The notes below the pieces were generated by a model. That model was not told the DNA's origin and searched no databases. It was given only the letters and a program-made list of their open reading frames with translations. Below are positions 19,514-29,580 of a DNA stretch of 64,000 bases, in pieces. How positions within the stretch are numbered: the first letter of the stretch is position 1; the number at the start of each line of letters is the position of its first letter. Origin of the DNA: an uncultured Nitrososphaerota archaeon (lineage in GTDB: Archaea; Korarchaeota; Korarchaeia; Korarchaeales; Korarchaeaceae); the NCBI GenBank assembly GCA_964618805.1, contig CAZUBM010000002.1:55413-119412 (forward strand), given 5' to 3'. The translations under genes and the position numbers were made by a program.

Positions 19514-20204
19514 CTCGTTCATCCCTCAGCAATTCCTCGCCTTTTCCCTCTAAGATGATCCTACCATTTTCCAACACATACGCCCTATCGGCCAGTTTGA
19601 GGGCCATTGCTGCGTTCTGCTCCACTAACAATACAGTTATGCCGTGTTCCTTATTAAGCATATTTATCACGTCCAGAACTGAGGAGGCTAATTTTGGAGC
19701 TAAACCAAGAGACGGCTCATCTAGCATCATAAAATCGGCCATTGACATTAGGCCTCTTCCAATCGCAAGCATCTGCTGTTCACCTCCGCTAAGGGTAATG
19801 GCCATTTGGTTCTCCCTCTCTCTCAGGACAGGAAAGAGATCATAGACCATCTCTAGGTTCTCCCTCAACCTTTTTCTTGCTCTAGGATTGAAGGCGCCCA
19901 TCTCTAGGTTCTCCCTAACTGTTAGATAAGGGAAGGGACGTCTGCCCTCTGGGATGTATATAATTCCTAAATTCACCCTTTCATAAACTGGTAGATTGTT
20001 TATATTCGCTTCATTGTACTTAATCTCACCCTTTCTTACAGGTAGTAAGCCTGCTATTGCTCTTAGCAAGGTTGTTTTTCCCGAACCATTTGAACCTACA
20101 ACACTCACGAATTCTCCTCTATCTATGCGAAGGTTTGCGCCCCTTAGCACAATCAGGTCTCCATAACCTACCTCTAGATCCTTTATCTCCAACAGAACGC
20201 TCAA
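19488..20204 (-). CDS. livF: Liv-type ABC ATP-binding protein
   Basis: GSNGSGKT, PEGR, LSGGEQQMLAI, DEPSLGLAP, VEQN, AYLG. Confidence 0.92.
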   Translation of the reverse strand: MSVLLEIKDLEVGYGDLIVLRGANLRIDRGEFVSVVGSNGSGKTTLLRAIAGLLPVRKGEIKYNEANINNLPVYERVNLGIIYIPEGRRPFPYLTVRENLEMGAFNPRARKRLRENLEMVYDLFPVLRERENQMAITLSGGEQQMLAIGRGLMSMADFMMLDEPSLGLAPKLASSVLDVINMLNKEHGITVLLVEQNAAMALKLADRAYVLENGRIILEGKGEELLRDERVKKAYLGI

Positions 20205-20941
20205 AATACGTATCTCCTCCCCAAATAGGCCTCTATCACTTTCTCATCTCTAGAGATTTCAGCCGGAGAGCCCTCAGCTATTTTTTTCCCGTAATGAAGC
20301 ACAATAATCCTCTCAGCTACGCCCATAATGGCTCCCATTACGTGCTCTATCCAAAAAACTGTGACTTTAAGCTCATCTCTTATCCTCCTAATCAATTTGC
20401 AGGCCTCTTTAATCTCAGCAGGATTAAGACCTGAGAGGGGTTCATCTAAGAGGAGGATCTTAGGCTCCGTGGCGAGTGCTCTTGCTATCTCAAGAAACTT
20501 CCTCTCAACTAGGTTTAAGCTACTTGCTAAAATGCCTTTCTTATCACTAAGACCTACAAAATCTATGTACTGAGAGGCAATCTCATTGGCTTCATCTTGG
20601 TTGATTTTAGTGCAAGATCCAAATAAAACCCCCATCATAACGTTCTCCTGGACGGTATATTGAGGGAAGGGCTTAACTATCTGGAAGGTTCTTGCTATTC
20701 CAAGCCTGCATATTTGATGGGGTTTAAGTCCAACAAGCTCCATCTCCTTAAACTTGACAGATCCTTGATCTGGATATACAAAGCCAGTTATTACGTTAAA
20801 TAAAGTGGTTTTACCAGCCCCATTCGGACCTATCAGGCCTAATATCTCGCCTTCCATCAAACTAAAGCTGATATTATCAAGAGCAATTACCCCTCCAAAT
20901 CGTTTAGATATAGCCCTTCCCTCAAGAATCTGACCCAACAA
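20201..20941 (-). CDS. livG: Liv-type ABC ATP-binding protein
   Basis: FGGVIAL, GPNGAGKT, ARTFQ, LLDEP, IEH, VIEAYLG. Confidence 0.92.
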   Translation of the reverse strand: MLGQILEGRAISKRFGGVIALDNISFSLMEGEILGLIGPNGAGKTTLFNVITGFVYPDQGSVKFKEMELVGLKPHQICRLGIARTFQIVKPFPQYTVQENVMMGVLFGSCTKINQDEANEIASQYIDFVGLSDKKGILASSLNLVERKFLEIARALATEPKILLLDEPLSGLNPAEIKEACKLIRRIRDELKVTVFWIEHVMGAIMGVAERIIVLHYGKKIAEGSPAEISRDEKVIEAYLGRRYVF

Positions 20942-20991
20942 ATCACCTAGGTTCTATTTAACTTTGTTTATCTTGGAAATTTGGAATTAGG

Positions 20992-21861
20992 CTATTTAAT
21001 CACCTCTTTAAAGACCTCAGGCCTACGCCATAGCGGATATGTGTCCTTGTTATACTCCCTAATTCTTCTAAGCGTCTCCTTGCTTACCTCCGCGTAAGCT
21101 ATACCCTCATAGAAGCCGCTTACGTAGCCTATTATTTCTCCCTCAGGATTGGCTATCAAACTTGGTCCCATGTAGTAAAGCGGGTATGGGCCTACCTGTT
21201 CCTCCCTCAACCCAGCCCTGTTTGAGGCTGCAAAGTAGCATTGAGTGACATAAGCGTATGTGGAGGTTATAGCAGGTACAAGATAGGCCCACCTAACGCT
21301 CCAGTTTAGGGGCCAGCATATTATTTCTGCTCCCTTCAAAGCGTATATTCTTGGTATTTCTGGAACGTTTGCATCTACATCTATCAGTATTCCGATCTTC
21401 CCTAGCTCGGTGTCAAACACCTCAAGATTGTTTGATGGTGAAATTCCAAGGCCAACCTCATGTTTTGAAGAGTGATTCTCAGGATGAGTTTTTCTCTGCT
21501 TTCCTATAACCTCCCCCTCTGGGCTTATGAGAGTGCTGGTATTATATACCTTATCACCCTCTACCTCGATTATCGTTCCTGCAACTACGTAAAGGCCAAG
21601 TTCCTTGGCCTTGTTGCACATGGCCTCGATCGAGGCACCTCCAGGAATTGGTTCGCCAATTTTCTTAAGTTCATCAAGGGTTTTTTTCCTTGAAGGGCAT
21701 TCTGTTAAGAAATACTCTGGGAATACAACGAGTTTCGCCCCATATTTTGATGCTCTTTCTATCATATTTAAGGCCTTTTTAAGGTTCTCTTCCTTTGAAT
21801 AAGAGCTTATACGCATTTGAACTGAGGCCAATATAAACTCCTCGATAGAGATCACCTCCAA
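20992..21861 (-). CDS. Carbon-nitrogen hydrolase (nitrilase superfamily) with Asp at the catalytic Cys position
   Basis: VVFPEY (Glu), YNT, QRKTH (Lys), GKIGILIDVD where ICxD is expected, NRAG, RRPE. Confidence 0.88.
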   Translation of the reverse strand: MEVISIEEFILASVQMRISSYSKEENLKKALNMIERASKYGAKLVVFPEYFLTECPSRKKTLDELKKIGEPIPGGASIEAMCNKAKELGLYVVAGTIIEVEGDKVYNTSTLISPEGEVIGKQRKTHPENHSSKHEVGLGISPSNNLEVFDTELGKIGILIDVDANVPEIPRIYALKGAEIICWPLNWSVRWAYLVPAITSTYAYVTQCYFAASNRAGLREEQVGPYPLYYMGPSLIANPEGEIIGYVSGFYEGIAYAEVSKETLRRIREYNKDTYPLWRRPEVFKEVIK

Positions 21862-22176
21862 AACTTAACACAGAATATAATTTTTAAATGTACCTATCAG
21901 ATTATTTATTAATGAATTTACAAATCTTCAGTTAAACACTAATTTACGAATGATAATGTATTCGTATGAAGGAGAACTCAAATGACTACTTACCTCTAAG
22001 CTCTATAATGCTTTTAAGAAGAAGATTATAGCATTAACAAACCTGATTTGAAGGTCTAACCTCTTAAAGTTCAAAGAACAGCACATAGGAGTTCCTTTCA
22101 ATGTTGTAAAATAAAAATAAGGACCAATTCTCTCAAGTCTAACTTAATTAAAAGAAGAGTACCCTACAAATAGTCA

Positions 22177-23162
22177 GTGACACGAAGGACCTGGTTGAAT
22201 CTAAAGTTCGGCGTTAGGATACCGAATTGGACCCTTTCCAGCTACTTTCCGATGTACGAGAGGTTGGATTATAAGGTCATAGTGGACTATGCGGTCGAGA
22301 GCGGGTCCCTTGGGTACGATTCCATCTGGATGAACGACCACCCAGTATTTGTTCAGGCCATATTGGAGTCTTGGACCGCTCTCTCTTTTCTCTAGTGCCG
22401 GTCTCAAATAAGATTAGGTTAGGAACGCTTGTTTTATGTAATAACTTCAGATTTCCCTCTGTGCTTGCAAAAATGGCCGCTACGCTGGATTATATATCAG
22501 ATGGAAGGTTAGAATTCGGTATAGGTGCTGGTTGGAATGAAGAAGAACATAGAACCTATGGAATTCCTTTTTCTAAACCAGCAGAGAGAATAGAACGGCT
22601 TAGAGAATCTATTGAGATAATAAAGAAGATGTGGACAGAGGAAACTCCTATTTACAGGGGAAAATACTACAAGATTGACGGTGCTATCTGTGAGCCAAAA
22701 CCCTTGCAGAAACCACATCCTCCAATTACGGTAGGAGGAGCTGGGGAAAAGCTGATGATAAGATTGATAGCTCAACATGCATACAGGTGCAACTTTGCTC
22801 ATCGCTCCCCTGCAGAGTATGTTCACAAGCTAAGCATTTTGAGGATAGCATGCTCCAAAGTTGGCCGCGACTTCGATGAAATAGAGAAATCTTGGTGGGG
22901 AAGGGCAATAATTTCAAGGGACGAGGCTAGAGTTAATGCACAATTAAAAGCTCTTTACCTATCCCGAAAGAGAGAATCTCCCTTCGAGGAGTGGATTAAA
23001 GAGGTGAAAGCAAACAGCATAGTTGGGACACCTGAAGAATGCGTTGAGAAGCTTAGGGAGTATTTGAGATTAGGAGTAACCTACTTCATCCTCAGGTTTG
23101 GGGATGCACCTTCCAAGGATGGGATTAGGCTTTTCGCTGAAGGGGTCATTCCAGAATTATGA
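22177..23162 (+). pseudogene. Frameshifted LLM-class (probably F420-dependent) oxidoreductase
   Basis: GYDSIWMNDH...ESWTALS in one frame; KIRLGTLV..NNFR.PSVLAKMAATLD..SDGRLEFGIGAGW in another; junction in CT-rich run 22380-22392. Confidence 0.85.
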
Positions 23163-23253
23163 AGATATATATGAAGTACGTACGGGGAAAGCCATAACCT
23201 TCTTTTCAAGGATCCTCTAATTAGTGTTGGCAGGAGGAAGAAGGTGTAGTTTC

Positions 23254-23970
23254 TTACAATCTCTCCCTATACATTTTCAATACCTTCTCTATGTATCTCG
23301 TATGTAGCCTTTCATGATCTACTAATCTCCTTAGTACCTTTCTGGCTGTCCACAGATTGCATACTGGGTTCGAGTCTATCTTAGGCTGAAAGATTCCTCT
23401 CATTTTATTGCTTGGAAAGTTCCTTAGGTAATCAACCACTATTTTTCGAGTGTAATCAAGCATCTCAAACACGTCTTCGGGATACTTAGTGGGTAAATCA
23501 ACATTCAGCCGACTAATATACCATGGTTCAACGTAAGCTATGTGCCTCAAGCAATTTCTTATTGTGCGAGGCTTTTTTGGAGGCAACCAATCAAGACATT
23601 CATCACTTAGGTCAGAAACTAGCTCAAGTAAATCTACACGGGAATATTTCATCAAGCAAAGGGTTCTCGCAATATCGTCCCTAGTTATTGGAAGCACTTC
23701 AGACCAGAATAGAGGTTCTGGCTTGCCGGCTTCGACCGGGTTATAATCAACCCTTAACATTTCAGCTACTTCTACTTCAAACCATCTAGCTTCATCTGGT
23801 ACTTTTTCTCCATGCTTCTCAACCCATTTGAACCACTCGGCAATCGCTACCTTAACTTTCTTTAGAGCTCTTTCCGGCGTTCTCCCGAAAACCCAGCAAC
23901 CCGGATGGTCTGGAACAAAGGCCCCAGTACCTCCTTGACCTACTTCAAGACAAACTAATATTTTCTCCAC
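23254..23970 (-). CDS. HicB-like N-terminal domain fused to a DinB-like domain
   Basis: AFVPDHPGC...GRTPERAL (HicB fold); TIR..LRHIA..E and WTARKVLRRLVDHERLH (DinB metal motif). Confidence 0.75.
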   Translation of the reverse strand: MEKILVCLEVGQGGTGAFVPDHPGCWVFGRTPERALKKVKVAIAEWFKWVEKHGEKVPDEARWFEVEVAEMLRVDYNPVEAGKPEPLFWSEVLPITRDDIARTLCLMKYSRVDLLELVSDLSDECLDWLPPKKPRTIRNCLRHIAYVEPWYISRLNVDLPTKYPEDVFEMLDYTRKIVVDYLRNFPSNKMRGIFQPKIDSNPVCNLWTARKVLRRLVDHERLHTRYIEKVLKMYRERL

Positions 23971-24093
23971 CTTCTCATCTCTTTACCTCTAAAACTGGAA
24001 AATCAAAAACTTTCTAGAACTGGCCTAGAAGCAGATTACCCGGCAACTTATCTTAGGTAGCATTTTTATCTTTTAGGCTAGTGAAAAGAGCCG

Positions 24094-24525
24094 ATGTCTA
24101 AAGATCTAAGAAGATATGTCGGCTATTGTGGGCTCTTTTGTCCTTCTTGCGATTGGAGAAATGGTGTTATAAGGTCGACTGCAAGAGAATTGCTCTCCAT
24201 CTTGGAGAGGAACGATGAGTTAAAGTATATTGCAGAGATGACGGGGGCTTTTAACTACGAAGAACTAATGAAGGCTCTCAATTGGCTATCCACAAAGCCG
24301 AGGTGTAATGGAGGAAGTTGCAGGGCCGGAGACGGCTGGTCAGATTGTCCCATTAGAAAGTGCTGCAAGGAAGTTGGCGTTGATTTCTGCTATGAGTGCC
24401 CTAATTTTCCCTGCGAGATGTTTGCTAAACATCCGCTATTTGGGGAAAGTTTCATTGCAATTCAGAAGGAGATAAAGGAAATTGGACTAGAGGAGTGGGT
24501 AAGAAGACAGGAAGAGGCTTTCTGA
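24094..24525 (+). CDS. DUF3795 Cys-rich protein
   Basis: YCGLFCPSC...C...C...CPIRKCC......FCYECPNFPC. Confidence 0.85.
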   Translation: MSKDLRRYVGYCGLFCPSCDWRNGVIRSTARELLSILERNDELKYIAEMTGAFNYEELMKALNWLSTKPRCNGGSCRAGDGWSDCPIRKCCKEVGVDFCYECPNFPCEMFAKHPLFGESFIAIQKEIKEIGLEEWVRRQEEAF

Positions 24526-26121
24526 CTATCTCCTTTTGAGGACTTTTCCAGGCTTAGCTTCAGTGTGCCTTCCCTTTTCTATCACCACTTCGCCATTGAC
24601 TAAGACGTACTCAATGCCCTCAGCATATTGATGGGGGTCTAAAAACGTGGCCTTATCTATGATTTTCTTAGGATCAAAGACAACTATATCTGCAATGAAA
24701 CCTTCCCTTATCAACCCTCTATTCAAAAGCCTTAGCCTTGTAGCTGGAGCGCTTGTCATCTTCCTTACAGCTTCTTCAAGGGTTAAAACCCTCCTTTCCC
24801 TTGAATAATATCCTAAGATCCTGGCAAAAGTTCCATAAGCCCTAGGATGGGGTCTAGTCTGTGAAAGCGGGCCGTATGGTGCAGAACAGGAGCTATCACT
24901 CCCTATGCAGGAGAGTGAATGCTTCATCACCCTAAGTAAGTCTTCTTCATGCATCCCATGGATTATGATCCCAACCCTTCCCTGGGACTTAAGCAAGAGT
25001 TCAAAGACCGTCTCATAAGGATCAAGTCCCCATGCCTTAGATACCTCTGCAATAGTCTTTCCCTGAATCGATCTATCTGGAGCATAATCAGTTATTCTAA
25101 TGATGTCATATACTTCCTTGTCCATATAATGCCCTTTCTTTACCCTTTCTTCCATATATGCCCTTATCCTCTCCCTAGTTTCTGGATCGGTAAGCCTTCT
25201 TAACATGGCATCAACCCCTCCTTCCTGCGCCCACTCCGGAATAAGGACATCAAGCCCCGTTGAGCTTGCAGTGTAAGGATAGAAGTCAAATGTCACCTCA
25301 ATTCCTCTCTCTCTAGCTTCCTCAACAATCTTACAAGTGATCTTTGTCTTTCCCCAGTTCCTTTTGCCAGAAGCCTTGAAATGGGATATCTCTACCCTGC
25401 ATTTTGATCTCTCTCCTATCTCTATAGCCTCTTTTACAGCATCTATCAGCGTATCCGACTCCCCTCTTATGTGTGAAGCGTACATCCCCCCATATTCTGA
25501 TACCACCTTACAGAGTTCTACTATCTCATCGGTCTTTGCATAGGAGCTAGGTGGATATATTAGGCCCGTTGAAAGACCGAATGCTCCAGCTTCCATTCCC
25601 TCTCTTACGTAGTCCTTCATCTCTTCAAGCTCTTCCTCTGTCGGAGGTCTGTTCTCAAATTGAAGAACATTCATTCTCACTGTTCCGTGACCAACAAAAG
25701 GAACTACATTTATGCTAATTCCTCCTTTCTGAAGCCTATTCATGTATTCTTCCATAGTTCTCCAGTCGATGCTAACATACTCTCTTATGTGATCTGGCAT
25801 TGTCCTCTCAAGATATTCTGCACTCCAATCGTTTATTGGTGCGAGGGAGTAACCGCATTGCCCTATGACTTCAGTAGTGACGCCCTGCCTTATCTTGCTC
25901 TCAGCATACGGATTAACTAACAAGCTGATGTCGCTATGTCCATGCATGTCAATGAACCCAGGACAAACCATGAGACCTGAGGCATCTATGATCACCTCAG
26001 GTTTTTCGCCCCACTCCAAGCCCACTTTAGATATTATTCCATCAGAAATGTATACATTTGAGTTAAACCAAGGTCCTCCGGTGCCATCTACGACTTTCCC
26101 CTTGACAATAGCTATTTTCAT
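24526..26121 (-). CDS. N-acyl-D-amino-acid deacylase (D-aminoacylase) family
   Basis: PGFIDMHGHSD, QGVTTEVIGQCG, GLSTGLIYPP, SHIRGE, SHFK, YPY.ASST, GSD, HPRAYGTF. Confidence 0.92.
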   Translation of the reverse strand: MKIAIVKGKVVDGTGGPWFNSNVYISDGIISKVGLEWGEKPEVIIDASGLMVCPGFIDMHGHSDISLLVNPYAESKIRQGVTTEVIGQCGYSLAPINDWSAEYLERTMPDHIREYVSIDWRTMEEYMNRLQKGGISINVVPFVGHGTVRMNVLQFENRPPTEEELEEMKDYVREGMEAGAFGLSTGLIYPPSSYAKTDEIVELCKVVSEYGGMYASHIRGESDTLIDAVKEAIEIGERSKCRVEISHFKASGKRNWGKTKITCKIVEEARERGIEVTFDFYPYTASSTGLDVLIPEWAQEGGVDAMLRRLTDPETRERIRAYMEERVKKGHYMDKEVYDIIRITDYAPDRSIQGKTIAEVSKAWGLDPYETVFELLLKSQGRVGIIIHGMHEEDLLRVMKHSLSCIGSDSSCSAPYGPLSQTRPHPRAYGTFARILGYYSRERRVLTLEEAVRKMTSAPATRLRLLNRGLIREGFIADIVVFDPKKIIDKATFLDPHQYAEGIEYVLVNGEVVIEKGRHTEAKPGKVLKRR

Positions 26122-26212
26122 TTTACTCAGAGTTTACAAGGAATTACTTTAATTCCTTTTCTCACGGGAAGTCAATCTTTTATGATTTACCTGAGCTAAA
26201 GGTGGAAGGCTT

Positions 26213-27331
26213 ATGAACATCAGCGTCCTAGATCTTGCGGCATCCCTAATTTCTGTAGATTCAACGAATCCTGGAGCACTTGAGTTAGAGATAGCGGATT
26301 TCTTAGGAGATGTGCTTGAAGAGCTTGGTTTTCACGTTGACAGACAGAAGTACAGCGACTTAAGGATGAATCTTTTTGCATACAAGCACCCAGAAAGAGT
26401 AAAAATACTGCTCTGTGGACACTTGGACACAGTACCCCCAGCTGAAGGGTGGAAAAGGGATCCATCTACGCCGAAGGTTGTAAGAGGAAGGCTTTATGGG
26501 CTTGGTTCATGTGACATGAAAGGAGCTATTGCTGCCATGATCGCAGCTGGATCCGAGTCGCTAAAGGAGGATGAGGAGATCGGAGTTGGCTTCTTATTCA
26601 CTTCAGATGAGGAAGTTGGTATGTCAGGGGCTAAATTTGCCGCTCCAAAAATAAGAGATGTCTTTAAAGCCCTGAAACTGTGTCTAATAGGAGAACCAAC
26701 AGATCTTAGACTAATTACTTGCCACAAAGGTGTACTCAGAGCTACTTTAAGGGTAAAAGGGGTTGCATCTCACAGCAGCATTCCTGAAAGCGGATCGAAT
26801 GCAGTTCATCATGGCATAAGGATACTCGATAAAATGTTGAGAGAAGGTGTGCCTGACTTAGAGCATCCTCTCTTGGGAAGGCCTACCCTCCAAGTCACGA
26901 TTATTAAAGGGGGAGTAGCTGAGAACATAATACCGGACAGTTTTGAGGCAAAAATAGACATGAGATTAGTTCCCCCTGAAACAGAAGAGAGCAGAAAATC
27001 TCTAATCCTGAGGATCCTTGACGAGTACGAGGAGACAGATGCAAAGGAAATGAAATTCACGCTTGCCCTTTCACCATATGAAGCTCCTCCCATACCCGAA
27101 ATTGCAACAATATCCAGAATTATGAAAAGCATGGGACTGAACTCACAACCTTCAGGAGCCCCTTATCTAACTGAAGCTCCAATTTACTGGATGCAAGGAA
27201 TTCCCTCTATTGTAATAGGACCTGGGGACATTAAATATGCTCACAAACCAGATGAGAGCGTTTACATAAGCAAACTTGCTTCAGCCAAGAAACTGTACAA
27301 GAGGCTTATACTGCTATTCAATAGTTCTTGA
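26213..27331 (+). CDS. M20 metallo-hydrolase, ArgE/DapE-like deacylase
   Basis: GHLDTV, GLGSCDMKG, DEE, GEPT, GG...NIIP, GPG..AH.PDE. Confidence 0.9.
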   Translation: MNISVLDLAASLISVDSTNPGALELEIADFLGDVLEELGFHVDRQKYSDLRMNLFAYKHPERVKILLCGHLDTVPPAEGWKRDPSTPKVVRGRLYGLGSCDMKGAIAAMIAAGSESLKEDEEIGVGFLFTSDEEVGMSGAKFAAPKIRDVFKALKLCLIGEPTDLRLITCHKGVLRATLRVKGVASHSSIPESGSNAVHHGIRILDKMLREGVPDLEHPLLGRPTLQVTIIKGGVAENIIPDSFEAKIDMRLVPPETEESRKSLILRILDEYEETDAKEMKFTLALSPYEAPPIPEIATISRIMKSMGLNSQPSGAPYLTEAPIYWMQGIPSIVIGPGDIKYAHKPDESVYISKLASAKKLYKRLILLFNSS

Positions 27332-27620
27332 ATGAAGTAAATCAGAATAACAGGATTTAAGTCAATTGAATTACAAATTGAAAGGAAAGCGTTCAAGAGA
27401 AGATTAGCTGCCTTCTTTCATCGAAGAACTCCAGTTTTGAAAAATTTTGTTTCCTAGAAAATCTCTGAAGTCCAGGCAATTAATGGTTGAATAAATTGGT
27501 AACTGATTTTTCCCTTAGTTTTCAACAATATAAGCCCCTAAGTTCTCATACTAAGAGCCTGAACTGGCAAATAATGAAGGAAAAAATGAAAAATATATTT
27601 GAAAGGAAATTCAAGAAGGT

Positions 27621-29192
27621 TTGATGGAAGCTGAATCTGTATTCATAAACGGGAGTATATTCACGCCTCTAGGGAAAGCAGAGGCCCTTGCCATTCATTC
27701 TGGCCGAATAATGAAGGTAGGGACGAACGAGGAAATCTCCCCTCTGATAGGACCTAGAACTAAAGTGATAGATCTCAAAGGAAAAACCGTACTTCCCGGC
27801 TTAATAGATGCTCATGTCCACCTGTCTAGTTATGGTCTTGCACTAGCTCAACTTGACCTTAGGGGAACGAAATCTATCGAGGAGCTTAAGAGCATGGTGA
27901 GAAAGAGAGCTATTTCCCTATCAAAAGGAGAATGGATCCTTGGAAGGGGATGGGATCAGGAGCTATTTGAGGAGAGAAGATATCCCACTAGATGGGATTT
28001 AGATGAAGTAGCTCCGGATAACCCTGTTTTTCTAAAGAGGGTATGTGGTCACCTTTGCGTGGTCAATAGCAAAGCCCTCGAGATAGCTTCAATAACCAAG
28101 GAAACTAAGGATCCTCCTAGAGGGAAGATAGATAGGGATGAAAGTGGAGAGCCTACTGGAATCTTAAGGGAGAACGCAATAGACATTGTCTATAAGAAAA
28201 TTCCGCCTCCAAACCTAGAGCAGTTAGAAGAAGCTCTTGCAAGGGCAATAAAAGAGGCCGTAAAAAGGGGATTGACCACAATCCATTTCATATGCTCTGA
28301 CAGGTTTCCAGACGAGCTTAGAGCACTTCAACTCCTTAGAAAGGAGGGAAGGCTGCTTTTAAGGATCTATTTAATCCCTCCATATGATTTTTTGGAAAAG
28401 CTAGAGGAAATCGGCATTTTTACAGGATTTGGAGATTCCATGCTGAAGATAGGAGCAATAAAAATAATTGAAGACGGTTCCTTAGGTGGAAGGACAGCGG
28501 CTCTCGAGGAACCCTATACAGACATGCCTGATAAAAAGGGAATGCTGATTTATTCACCAGAAGAACTAAGAGAAATGGTGCTAAAGATCCATAAAGCTGG
28601 ATTTCAGGCTGCAATACACGCGATAGGTGATAGAGCCATAAGAGTTACTTTAGATGCGATAGAGAATGCAGTTAAGCTGATGCCGAGAGATCATAGGCAC
28701 AGAATTGAGCACGCATCCGTCTTAAATCCTAAACTAATTGAAAGGATGAAAAAGCTCAATGTCGTTGCTGTTTGCCAACCCCATTTCATATTTAGCGATT
28801 TTTGGGCTAAGGAAAGGGTTGGTCCTGAAAGAGCAAGGTGGGTTTATGCTCTAAAATCCTTAATGGAGAACGTAATAGTTGCAGGATCATCAGATTGTCC
28901 CGTTGAACCTATAGATCCTTTAAAGGGGATTTGGGCAGCTGTAACCAGACCATACCTTCCTGAAAACGAGAAACTGACCGTAGAGGAGGCAATAGAGATC
29001 TATACGAAAGGAGGAGCATACGCTTCCTTTGAGGAGGAAGAAAAAGGAACAATAGAGGAAGGAAAACTAGCAGATTTCATAATCCTTTCGGATGATCCCA
29101 CAAAAATCGAACCAGAGAGAATAAAGGACATCAAAGTGGAAATGACTATTGTAGGTGGAAAAGTAGTTTATGAAAGGAACAGAAGTAATTAA
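27621..29192 (+). CDS. YtcJ-like amidohydrolase (amidohydrolase 3)
   Basis: PGLIDAHVH, GRGWDQ, PTGILRE, DGSLGGRTAAL, HAIGDRA, HRIEH, GSSDCP. Confidence 0.92.
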   Translation: MMEAESVFINGSIFTPLGKAEALAIHSGRIMKVGTNEEISPLIGPRTKVIDLKGKTVLPGLIDAHVHLSSYGLALAQLDLRGTKSIEELKSMVRKRAISLSKGEWILGRGWDQELFEERRYPTRWDLDEVAPDNPVFLKRVCGHLCVVNSKALEIASITKETKDPPRGKIDRDESGEPTGILRENAIDIVYKKIPPPNLEQLEEALARAIKEAVKRGLTTIHFICSDRFPDELRALQLLRKEGRLLLRIYLIPPYDFLEKLEEIGIFTGFGDSMLKIGAIKIIEDGSLGGRTAALEEPYTDMPDKKGMLIYSPEELREMVLKIHKAGFQAAIHAIGDRAIRVTLDAIENAVKLMPRDHRHRIEHASVLNPKLIERMKKLNVVAVCQPHFIFSDFWAKERVGPERARWVYALKSLMENVIVAGSSDCPVEPIDPLKGIWAAVTRPYLPENEKLTVEEAIEIYTKGGAYASFEEEEKGTIEEGKLADFIILSDDPTKIEPERIKDIKVEMTIVGGKVVYERNRSN

Positions 29193-29387
29193 CTAAGGAA
29201 AGAGATTCTCACATTTGTTCAGGCTTTGTAATGCTAAAGAAGCTCTTTCTGATAACATACTTGCTAATGAATTGGTAGTATACCTTTTTTACATGTCTGG
29301 GGGAAATATTCTAAAGGATCTCAGCGCTTGTTGGCGCAATTATCAATAAAAATTTATATTTATTCAAATTCGAATGGGACTTGCGCG

Positions 29388-29579
29388 ATGAACCCTAAGA
29401 AAGCTATGGGAAATGCAATTTTACCTTTCAAAAAGGAAAAGCTTGAGAAGTTGGAGAATGTGAAAGTAGAAGGATCCTCAGTGGCTCATGGATCTACCGA
29501 AGCAAAGGGAAAAGATGAATGCCCTAAAGAAGTTATAAGGAGTGTTAAATTAGTAAAAATATTGTCGGGAGCTATGTAA
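29388..29579 (+). pseudogene. Probable collapsed remnant of a corrinoid (MttC-like) protein gene
   Basis: ENVKV-EGSSVAHGSTEAKGKDECPKEVIRSVKLVK aligns in register with the corrinoid-protein C-terminus (VKV..GGAPV......IGAD.YA.DA..AVKL.K); DxHxxG core missing; stop lies 1 nt before the mttB ATG. Confidence 0.5.
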
Positions 29580-29580
29580 G

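Noticed and set aside
21945-22031. Short inverted repeats (TACGAAT-N8-ATTCGTA; CTATAAT...ATTATAG) in an AT-rich spacer
   Set aside because: 7-bp arms in AT-rich DNA are within chance, and no cognate regulator is evident.
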